From: Bacteroidota bacterium
GTDB taxonomy: Bacteria > Bacteroidota > Bacteroidia > AKYH767-A > 2013-40CM-41-45
DNA length: 64,000 nt
Reading direction: 5' to 3'
Assembly (NCBI GenBank): GCA_031417395.1
Contig: JANOVM010000057.1
Location: forward strand, 18,078 to 82,077
How positions within the stretch are numbered: the first letter of the stretch is position 1; every line of letters starts with the position of its first letter. The notes beneath the pieces are model-generated. The model did not search any database and was not told the DNA's origin. It saw nothing but the letters and a program-made list of their open reading frames with translations. Both the position numbers and the translations under genes were made by a program. Positions 9,283 to 18,400 of the stretch are shown piece after piece.

Positions 9283-10608
9283 TTAATGGTGATTCGTATG
9301 CATCATTTCTTTTTCTTCGTAGGACAAAGTGGGATCAATGAGGTCAAAGTTTGCCATCATACCGGCAGCGTGGTGTTCAAGAATATGGCAATGATACATC
9401 CAGGTTCCTGTGCGGTTATCCGGCATCCACGCTATTTTTATCTTGCTCCTTGGCGTTAAATTATAGGTGTCTTTCCACGCTCTGAATTCCGGAGCTTTGC
9501 CATTCTCTTCTAATACCTGGAAAAAGAAGCCATGGAGATGAAATGGGTGATCCATCATACTAACGTTTGAAATTTCCCATATCTGTAATTCTTCGATGTT
9601 TACCGGTTTATCATTGACATGCATGTTGTCATTAACCAGGAAATTCATTCCGTTCTTCAGACTGGGTCCGACAGAAAATTTTATCTTTCTTGTAGCAACA
9701 GCATTCTTCGAAGCAAGGGGTTTGATTTTCCTAAGAGTTTCAGGAATGAAGGCTACGGAAGGTTTGTTTTCTCCTACCTGAACCGTTGCAAATTTTTCCC
9801 GTTTTGCTTTGAGAAAAGTTACACGGTTATAGGGAAGAGATTCTATAGCAAAAGTCTCACCTGCTGTAAAGGGACCAACAGTGATATCTATCCGTTCACC
9901 GGGAGTAATCAATACTTCCGTAACAGTACGCGGATGTTCTAAGAGTCCGCCGTCAGTGCCGATTATTTTAAACTCTTTGCCCTCCAGATGTAGAAGAAAA
10001 TAGCGGGCACTTGATGAATTTATGAAACGCCATCTTTCGGTTTGGGAACCATTCACATTGACTATAGTATTTTCTTTTCCATTTAATAGTAGGGTATTGC
10101 CTTGTCGGCCATCGTGCCTTTCTACGACTCTTGGAATAAACCAACCGGGTTTTGTAAATTCATTGACAATGTTGAGTTTCATGTCATCAATCATAAAAAT
10201 TCTTTCGCCATCTGTAACAACATCCGTTTCGTCTTCGACAATCAAAGCGCCATACATACCTCTTTCCATCTGAACGGTTTCATTGGCATGTGAATGGTAC
10301 CAGAATGTACCTGCATCAGGAACAACAAAACGGTATTCAAAGGTTTCGCCGGGAGCAACAGGTTTCTGAACGCCGTCTGTTCCATCCATTGCTGCAGGAA
10401 GGCATATGCCATGCCAGTGAATGGTTGTTGGCTCATTCAGGTTATTCGTTAACCGGACAATAAGTGTATCGCCCACGTTTGCTCTTAATACAGGGCCGGG
10501 AAGCTGTTTGTTAAATCCCCAGGCTTCAACGGTTTTTCCCGGAGCAATTTCCCAATTAAAAGCACTTGCTTCAAAATTGTATTCTACTATTTTTGATTCG
10601 GATTTCAT
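9283..10608 (-). CDS. multicopper oxidase (laccase/CueO/CopA-like)
   Basis: Four copper-binding motifs are present: HWHG, WYHSH, HPFHLHG and HCHILEHHAAGMMANF. It has the three-cupredoxin-domain size of 441 aa. Confidence 0.9.
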   Translation of the reverse strand: MKSESKIVEYNFEASAFNWEIAPGKTVEAWGFNKQLPGPVLRANVGDTLIVRLTNNLNEPTTIHWHGICLPAAMDGTDGVQKPVAPGETFEYRFVVPDAGTFWYHSHANETVQMERGMYGALIVEDETDVVTDGERIFMIDDMKLNIVNEFTKPGWFIPRVVERHDGRQGNTLLLNGKENTIVNVNGSQTERWRFINSSSARYFLLHLEGKEFKIIGTDGGLLEHPRTVTEVLITPGERIDITVGPFTAGETFAIESLPYNRVTFLKAKREKFATVQVGENKPSVAFIPETLRKIKPLASKNAVATRKIKFSVGPSLKNGMNFLVNDNMHVNDKPVNIEELQIWEISNVSMMDHPFHLHGFFFQVLEENGKAPEFRAWKDTYNLTPRSKIKIAWMPDNRTGTWMYHCHILEHHAAGMMANFDLIDPTLSYEEKEMMHTNHH

Positions 10609-10681
10609 GATGATTAATTTTATTTTAGTTTTTATAGATTATTTTTCGTTAAAAAAGTCGCCCGGAGTGGGCGGCTTTGAA

Positions 10682-10798
10682 TTAGCAATTGCAGGAATTA
10701 CTGCAGTTACATTTTTCACATTTGCAAGATGTACCGCAAGTGCAGTTTTCACAGACACAAGGTTGACATGTGCATTTTGAATTGGCAGAATTTTTCAT
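10682..10798 (-). CDS. small cysteine-rich metallothionein-like peptide (38 aa, 12 Cys)
   Basis: Hand translation of the minus strand gives MKNSANSKCTCQPCVCENCTCGTSCKCEKCNCSNSCNC*, six regularly spaced CxC pairs. It lies between the HMA-AraC regulator and the multicopper oxidase on the same strand. It is below the 60-aa cutoff of the ORF track. Confidence 0.5.
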   Translation of the reverse strand: MKNSANSKCTCQPCVCENCTCGTSCKCEKCNCSNSCNC

Positions 10799-10866
10799 AC
10801 TGCTTTGAGCACCTTGGCTCTTTTTTAAGTTTGTTTTCATGACTTTTTTGAATTAAAATTTACACT

Positions 10867-10933
10867 ACAAATGTATGGCAAGCATGCACCGTGAGCGTTA
10901 TATTACTTTGGGAATGAATTATAGAATTTTGGG
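10867..10933 (-). promoter_or_regulatory. promoter plus candidate operator upstream of the Cys-rich peptide / multicopper oxidase unit (copy B)
   Basis: In gene sense this reads CCCAAAATTCTATAATTCATTCCCAAAGTAATATAA - 21 nt - ATACATTTGT (TAnnTTTG -7 box). It is near-identical to copy A at 9146-9212. Confidence 0.5.
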
Positions 10934-11032
10934 TTTCCTTAAAAGGAAGGTTTATTGCCTTTTATAAGCAAAAGCATTCCACCCGGATAATAGGCGAATA
11001 GTTAATAAAAAGGAAACAGACTAAATGAGCGG

Positions 11033-11608
11033 TTATACTTTATCAAGCGCTTTACGCTTTACCGTCCCAACTTTTTTAAAGTAAGAGGGTGTAAGTCCGG
11101 TGATTTTCTTGAATTGACTGGAAAGATGCGCTGTACTGCTATAATCAAGTTCAAAAGCAATTTCAGAGAGAGTCTTTTCTCCATAAATGAGTAACTCTTT
11201 AGCTTTTTCAATTCTTTGTTCAATATAAAAATTTTCTATAGTTCTTCCTTCGACTGATGAGAATAAACTGCTAAGATGTGTGTACTCATAATGCAGTTTT
11301 TCAGAAAGGTAGTTTGAAAGGTTTATTTTTTTTTCTTTAGAATCAACTTCGAACCGGGCTTTCTTAATTGCAAGCTGTTTGATTTTTTCAATCAGTCCGC
11401 TCATATGACTGTCGATTAATTCAAAGCCAATACCATTAAGATTTCTTGAAAGGGCAGTTTTCTGTTTTTCATTTAATTCATCCATTAAATGAATCTCACT
11501 AAAAAGAACTTTTTGAAAAGGGATCTTTTCTCTGTTTAGGATTTCTTCTACGGCCAGAACACAGCGATGACAAACCATATTTTTTACAAGTACAATATGT
11601 GAGGTCAT
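11033..11608 (-). CDS. AraC-family transcriptional regulator with an N-terminal HMA-like metal-binding domain
   Basis: The N-terminus IVLVKNMVCHRCVLAVEEIL has an MxCxxC motif in a beta-alpha-beta-beta-alpha-beta-like segment, as in the heavy-metal-associated fold. The C-terminus ...LSEIAFELDYSSTAHLSSQFKKITGLTPSYFKK is an AraC-type HTH. Confidence 0.7.
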   Translation of the reverse strand: MTSHIVLVKNMVCHRCVLAVEEILNREKIPFQKVLFSEIHLMDELNEKQKTALSRNLNGIGFELIDSHMSGLIEKIKQLAIKKARFEVDSKEKKINLSNYLSEKLHYEYTHLSSLFSSVEGRTIENFYIEQRIEKAKELLIYGEKTLSEIAFELDYSSTAHLSSQFKKITGLTPSYFKKVGTVKRKALDKV

Positions 11609-11956
11609 ATATAAATAGCGTATTATTATTTCTTGAGTATTTTCAGAATATCAACTTTAATATGGAATAATTGATTGTAATACCCAAAAGTAACTTAAAT
11701 AAAGCACATTCATGCCTCATTGGGCTTTGCGAGATTGCTTTATAGTAGATAAAAAAGGATGGAGATAAAAAAGTTTAGGGTACATTACATTATTCAATGT
11801 TATATTCAGCGAATACCCGACTTATTCTTAATCTTGCAGACAATTATCGCCGTTTTGAATAGTACTTTTTCCAAAAACTCTAAAACTGATAAATAATAAG
11901 GCTTGATAGAATTAATTCGGGAAACTTTGAAAAACATTAAACATTAAAGAATCAAT

Positions 11957-12568
11957 ATGAATCAGAAATGGGATGAACGGTATAAGGAGCATGAATTTGC
12001 TTACGGTAAAGAACCTAATGTTTTTTTCAAAGAGTGGATTTCGAAACTTGAACCCGGGGAAATATTAATGCCTGCCGATGGAGAAGGCCGCAATGGGGTA
12101 TTTGCTGCACGGCTTGGGTGGAAAGTAACGTCTTTTGATCTAAGCAAAGAAGGAAAATCAAAAGCTTTACAATTGGCCAAAGAGAATAATGTAACTATCG
12201 AATATATTGTTGGGGATTTAGAACAACTCGAGTTTGAACAAAAAACATTTGATGTCATAGGACTTGTGTATGCGCATTTTTCAGCAGACAAGAAATCTAC
12301 CTTCCACCTGAAATTAAATAGCTTTCTCAAACCCGGAGGGGTAATTATTTTTGAGGCTTTCAGTAAGAAGCAAATACAGTATAAAAAACTCAATCCTCAA
12401 GTAGGTGGCCCCGATGATATTAATATGCTGTACTCCAAAGAAGAAATAATTGCGGATTTTGGTAATTATGAAGTCTTAATGTTAGAAGAAGAAGAAATTC
12501 TTTTAAATGAAGGAAAATATCATAATGGAAAGGGTTCTGTGATAAGATTTGTTGGGAGAAAAAAATAA
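11957..12568 (+). CDS. class I SAM-dependent methyltransferase
   Basis: Motif I ILMPADGEGRNGVFAARLGW (D/ExGxGxG) followed by acidic VTSFDLS. Size 203 aa. Confidence 0.65.
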   Translation: MNQKWDERYKEHEFAYGKEPNVFFKEWISKLEPGEILMPADGEGRNGVFAARLGWKVTSFDLSKEGKSKALQLAKENNVTIEYIVGDLEQLEFEQKTFDVIGLVYAHFSADKKSTFHLKLNSFLKPGGVIIFEAFSKKQIQYKKLNPQVGGPDDINMLYSKEEIIADFGNYEVLMLEEEEILLNEGKYHNGKGSVIRFVGRKK

Positions 12569-13342
12569 AGCACTGCTAACAAAAATAAATTGCAGAAAAA
12601 AAATGATCACCTAAATTTAAGTATAAATCCTTTTTTTTGATCAATTCACCTTAAATACAAAATTGCCAGATTCCCTGGCTGTACGGGGTTTCCTTATAAT
12701 TATTCTACAATCGGTGTGGTTTTGTTATTTCAATTTCAGGTGGGAAAACAACGTACAATATAAATCCTTTGGGCGCATGAGAATAAATACTCTGCCCTTG
12801 GGCTCTTTAAAGTAAAAAGACCAGCATATTTAATCGCCTGTAAACAAGCTTAAGTATGAAAAAAAAGGCTTGCGCCTGTTGTTCGTACGGTTTTCCCTCT
12901 TACCCTGCCGCACATTTCATCATTACCAGCAATAACAATGATGTTTTTAAATAGTCAAAGATTATTTTTCCCTTTCAGCTTAACAATTGCATATAAGCCG
13001 GTTCTTTTATTAAAATAGTTGTCATTGCGAGATAATCTGTATTCACATAACCTGAACCTTTCAAGTTTAAAAAATTAAAATAATACTAATTGTGAAAGAA
13101 AGTATTTTTAAGCTGTTCCGTCGAGCTGGGTCCCAAAAGAAGATCCGGCGACAGCCAGGTACCTGAAGTCTATTACCACATTAGCCGGTTTGATCCAGCA
13201 AGCAAGTTCTATTTATTGTTAGGTCTTAATTATCCCAATCAATCTTTTTTCCATCGTTGGGCGAAGTCATGCGTTTAAGGATGGCATACCACTCTGATTA
13301 TAGATAGACGTTTGTGCAAAAGACTTAGTCAAACAAGAGAGA

Positions 13343-14227
13343 TTAAGAATGAGGCCTTGATGTCTCTCTATAACGATATAAATTTGCTCCGTTATTATTT
13401 ACTCCAACCAAAATTATTTTAATAGTTGAATTTGTGTCCTTTCGGTCTAGACCATAATAATATCGGATGCCCTTGCAATCTGGATCTGAAAAGATCTGTT
13501 CAACTGTATTGTTTCTGCTAAAGTAAGACTCATAATTGGAACAGTTAATATTAAAAATATTTCTGCATTTGAGGTAATCTTTTGATAATGTAATAAGATT
13601 ATTACCTGGATTATTATATATAATATCCTGATTTCCTCCACCATTTATTTTACGATGAGTCACAAGCTTACTAATATATTGATCTAATGTGGTAATATTT
13701 TGAAAACGGTCAAACATATTGTTATTACTCGATTTCTTACAATTTAAAGCTCGTACACCGGGGGTTCCCACACCAGAATTACAGACATCATTGTCTAAAG
13801 CGAGAAAAAAGTTTACTGTCGAATTATCGGAAGGAGGGCAGACTACGGTCCCTTTATCTGAAGTACCACATAAATGAAATTTTATAGCATTATATGATAC
13901 CAAATCAGCCATTTTTAACGTGAAATAATCTATATCCCCATATATAGTTCCACCAAAATATTTTATTTTACCATTAAATTCTATTTGAAAATCCATTATT
14001 AGTTGAGCAGCGTCTTCAGCAGAATATGTATGATCAGGTTCTTTAACTGGGTCGCAATAAATGCATGGATCAGCCACAGTTCCAACCGGTTTATAATTTT
14101 CATTAGAAGAGTCCCGCAGATTGCCAGATGCAGAACTGTCGGTAATATTCCCACTGCTATCGTTAGGTTTTTGATTGCAGCTATAAAAAACAAGAGTAAA
14201 CAATAGTAATCTAAATAAATTTTTCAT
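13343..14227 (-). CDS. secreted/lipoprotein hypothetical protein, Cys-motif family member A
   Basis: Lipoprotein signal (LVFYSC). It has an N-proximal DPCIYCDP motif and a C-terminal DPDCKGIRYYYGLDR...IKIILVGVNNNGANLYRYRETS block. Both are shared with the divergently transcribed paralog at 14537-15358. Confidence 0.55.
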   Translation of the reverse strand: MKNLFRLLLFTLVFYSCNQKPNDSSGNITDSSASGNLRDSSNENYKPVGTVADPCIYCDPVKEPDHTYSAEDAAQLIMDFQIEFNGKIKYFGGTIYGDIDYFTLKMADLVSYNAIKFHLCGTSDKGTVVCPPSDNSTVNFFLALDNDVCNSGVGTPGVRALNCKKSSNNNMFDRFQNITTLDQYISKLVTHRKINGGGNQDIIYNNPGNNLITLSKDYLKCRNIFNINCSNYESYFSRNNTVEQIFSDPDCKGIRYYYGLDRKDTNSTIKIILVGVNNNGANLYRYRETSRPHS

Positions 14228-14536
14228 AATTTTTAAAGTTTAAATTTTGTGTTACAAATAAAGAGACAATGAAACTCAAACAAAAATAATCATATAGTTT
14301 TAAAGTCCAAATGTTTTTACAAATATTTTGAACCTGAATATACTTTTGGCTTTCGTTGACACGTGTTAAAGTAATTGAAGTAAACTTACCACAGAAGGTA
14401 TTTGTGGTAAAAGCATGTTTTAGTATTTAAATCCGATAACTTACTTAAAAAGTTGCCTAATTTGCTTTCAAGATATAATTTCATAAATTTGACAAAGCGT
14501 ATTTTTGAAATTTTATTTTACTAAAACATTTTTTAA

Positions 14537-15358
14537 ATGAGAACTCACAAAAAGCGCTGGTTATTTTTATTAATCGCTTCTGTAATTACAGCAGCTATAT
14601 TTTTTATTGTTATTCCGGATAATCCCTGCGAAGTTTGCGACCCTAATCAAGATCATCATTTTAGTGCAAGCGAATCGGTACCCCTGATTGCTGTCTTTAA
14701 TACCAGGTTTAATATAACTACATATGGCGGAACTATTTTTGGAGTAAAAGACTACTTCGAAAAGGGATTTGATAGCAAGCACCTTCCGCAAGGCGGCTCT
14801 CGTGCATTTAAGTTTCATTTTTGTTCTCCCAAAAGTGGCGCTAGCGATTTTTTTTTAGTTTTTCAAAATGCATATTGTATTAATAACAGACTGATGGATT
14901 TTGAAAATGTTGTACCTTTTTATTTTACCGGAGGAGATTTGACTTTTCCAAAGACAAGGTGCAACTCTTCAAGTTCGGTTGATTGTGTACAAAGAGATGG
15001 CGAAAGCAGACCTTACCCTGATGCAACAAGACCTTTGTCAGATTGGCAGAAAAGCCAAGAATTTAATGGGATTGACCTTCCTGCAGTTAGGGCAGCTTTT
15101 AAGCTGAAAACAATTTTTACCCGGGAATTACAAAAATGCACTGACAATTACGTAGGATATTTTATTTACAATACATCGCTTTTGGATATATTTGGTAATA
15201 AGGATAAGCCAGGTGATCCACCATGTCAGGGAATTCGTTATTATTATGCATATGACAGAGTAAAGAGCACATATAAAATAAGAATAATCTTGGTTGGAGT
15301 AGATGCTAATGGCAGGAATCTTAACACCTGGCGAGAAACGTCTGTACCATTTAATTAA
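14537..15358 (+). CDS. membrane-anchored/secreted hypothetical protein, Cys-motif family member B (paralog of 13343-14227)
   Basis: N-terminal TM anchor. It has NPCEVCDPN and C-terminal PPCQGIRYYYAYDR...IRIILVGVDANGRNLNTWRETS, plus the shared YGGTIFG..DYF and KFHFC blocks. Confidence 0.55.
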   Translation: MRTHKKRWLFLLIASVITAAIFFIVIPDNPCEVCDPNQDHHFSASESVPLIAVFNTRFNITTYGGTIFGVKDYFEKGFDSKHLPQGGSRAFKFHFCSPKSGASDFFLVFQNAYCINNRLMDFENVVPFYFTGGDLTFPKTRCNSSSSVDCVQRDGESRPYPDATRPLSDWQKSQEFNGIDLPAVRAAFKLKTIFTRELQKCTDNYVGYFIYNTSLLDIFGNKDKPGDPPCQGIRYYYAYDRVKSTYKIRIILVGVDANGRNLNTWRETSVPFN

Positions 15359-15478
15359 AAAGGTCAAATATTATTTTCATTTAGTCATAACATAAAATAT
15401 TCTGCTATTTTTGCTGACCATCGGCAGTTTCATTCTTGCATGAATGTTAAACCCCCTTTTATCTATCAGAAAAATTAA

Positions 15479-18400
15479 ATGCAAAAATATTTTAGTCGAC
15501 ATTTTATTGGAATTTATTTTTTATTATTTATTGTTTGTTGTTCTCCTGATCATCAACAATCTTCTGTATACACATCAAAGACAGATTCTATCGTCCCGCC
15601 TGTACGAATTGTCGCCGGAAAACCTGTTGTTATAAAAACCGATACGTGTCCACCTCCTCGTTGTATTGTTATACCGGAAAAACCATTCAATTATCCCACA
15701 AAGATTGCAGGCGTTACCAAATTTATAAAGTTATTACAGCCCATTAAAAAACCTGTTGATTTTTCCATTGCCCTTCAAAATTTTAACACAGACAAAGGCC
15801 TGGCTCTTAGTTCCGTTCTTAGTTCTTGCAAGGATCGTAACGGCAACCTCTGGTTTGGAACCGATGGCGGCGGTGTAAGCAGGTACGATGGTAAATCATT
15901 TACCAATTTTACTTTGGGACATGGACTTGGTCACAATTCTGTTTACTGTATTCATGAAGATAAAAAGGGCAACATCTGGTTCGGTACCAATGGTGGAGGT
16001 TTAAGTAAATATGATGGAAAATCATTTGTCACTTTTACTGTCGCTCAAGGCCTTTCAAGCAATGCTGTTCACTCCTTAATCGAAACGAAAGATAACAGAC
16101 TATGGATTGGTACGGAAAAAGGTGTGAGTATTTATGATGGTAAATCTTTCATTAGGTTTAATGCTTCAACTGAATTGGATAGTTGTGAAGTGGATTGCAT
16201 GACGGAGGATTCAAATGGGACAATTTGGTTTGGCACAAATGAACATGGTGCTTTTAAGTTTACCGGGGATAGTTGTATTCATTTCACCGCCAACAATGGA
16301 CTAGCCGATAATAATGTGAGAAGTATTATTCAGGATAGTTCTATAATCTGGCTGGGTTGCGAATCGGGTCTTGTGAAGTATAAAGATAAATTGTTTTCGA
16401 CTATTACTACAAAGGAAGGATTGAGAGACAATAATATCAATTGTATTCATAAGGATAATCAGCAAAATATCTGGGTAGGCAATTCAGGAGGTATAAACAA
16501 ATATGATGGTCACTCATTCAAAACAATTGCAACTAATGAAAATCTATTGAACAGCGAAGTATACTGCATCACAGAGGATAATTCGGGAAATTTATGGTTT
16601 GGTACGTATGGTGGCGGTTTATTTTTGTATTCCAATTCCGGTTGTACTACCTCAAATAACCTTGCCGGAAATGTTGTCAATAATATTATCGAAGACAAAG
16701 CAGGAAATATATGGTTTGGAACTGACGGAGGCGTAACCAGGAATGACGGAAAAATTTTTACATCATATTCAATCTCTCAAGGGCTTGCAGACAACCGTGT
16801 TTTAAGTATTGCCGAAGACAGTGCAGGCCTTTTGTGGTTTGGCACTTATGGAAGGGGTGTAAGCAGCTATGATGGAAAATGCTTTACTACATTCACTACT
16901 GACAATGGATTAGTGGATAATACTGTGTGGGTTATTACTAAAGATTTGTCAAATAATATCTGGATGGGTACTAACGGGGGTGTCTCGAAGTATAAAAACG
17001 GAGTTTTCACGAATTACAATACAAATACAGGTCTTTCTAACAATAAAATCCGGTGTATTACTCCCGATAATTTTGGAAATATATGGTTTGGAACAGATGG
17101 CGGCGGTGTATGCTATTTTAATGGCAAAACATTTACAAATTTTACTACAAAACAGGGTCTAGCCAATAATTCAATTTACTGCATTACTAAAGATCAAACC
17201 GGAAACTTATGGTTCGGTACTGCAGGAGGTGGCATTAGTATTTTAAGTGTTGACATACTTAATAAGCTTACTTCTTATGAAAATAGAGGTTTAGACAAGT
17301 TTGAGCAAAGGGATCAGATATTTAAAAATTTTACCACTGAAGACGGCCTGGCAAATGATGTCGTATATGATATCGTTGAAAATAAACAGGGTGATGTAAT
17401 TATTGGTACCAATGAAGGCTTTACAGTTCTTAATGGTGGTTATGATTCTATAAAAAAAACAGCTGCAAAAAAAGGGATTACTTACTTGAATCAAAAAACA
17501 GGTTATCCTATAAAAGACATAAATATTAATGCCCTTTATATGGATTCTATAGGAATTATCTGGGCAGGTACCGGTGATAAATTAATACGTTTTGATTTTA
17601 ACTCTATTCTTAAGCCAAATTCAAAGCCTACTGTTGTAATTCAAAACATTAAATTAAATAACCAAAACATCAGCTGGTATGATTTGGAGCGTTCAAAAGG
17701 AAAGAATGAAAGTTTTGAATTGGACAGTTTAACCTTTCCTCCAAATATTACGGAAGAGGCAATTGTTTTTGGCAGCTCTTTAAGTAATGCTAAACGCGAT
17801 TCCATGCGTAAGACATTTGATGGGGTTTTGTTTGATAGTATTAGCCGTTTTTACTATTTACCGATAAATCTGGTTTTACCCTGCATTGATAATAACATTA
17901 CGTTTGATTATGCAGCTATTGAACCTGCCAGACCGTTTCTTGTGAGATATCAGTTCATGCTTGTAGGATTTGATAAAACCTGGAACCCGGTAACGGATAG
18001 AACCCATGCAAGTTTCGGTAATTTGTTTGAAGGTGCTTATACTTTTAAATTAAGAGCCAAAAGTCCCGAAGGGATATGGAGCGATGATATAAGTTATAGT
18101 TTCATTATTCTGCCCCCATGGTATCGTACCTGGTGGGCCTATACAATGTATGTAGTTATATTTTTAGCACTATTTATCGGTTACATAAGATGGCGATTAT
18201 TTGATTTGAAAAGAGAAAAAGAAATACTGGAAGAGAAGGTTGCTCTCCGTACTTCTGAATTAAAGAAGGAAAATGAAAGAGCAGAAAGTCTACTATTAAA
18301 TATTTTACCCCATGAAATAGCCGAAGAACTGAAAGTAACAGGAACTGCATTGCCGAAGGAATTTGAAGAAGTAACAGTATTATTTACTGATTTTAGGAAT

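Noticed and set aside
10421-10780. A plus-strand 119-aa ORF in the regulator/oxidase intergenic region
   Set aside because: It overlaps the minus-strand Cys-rich ORF. It has no signal, domain or context support. The CxC periodicity on the opposite strand is far more convincing.
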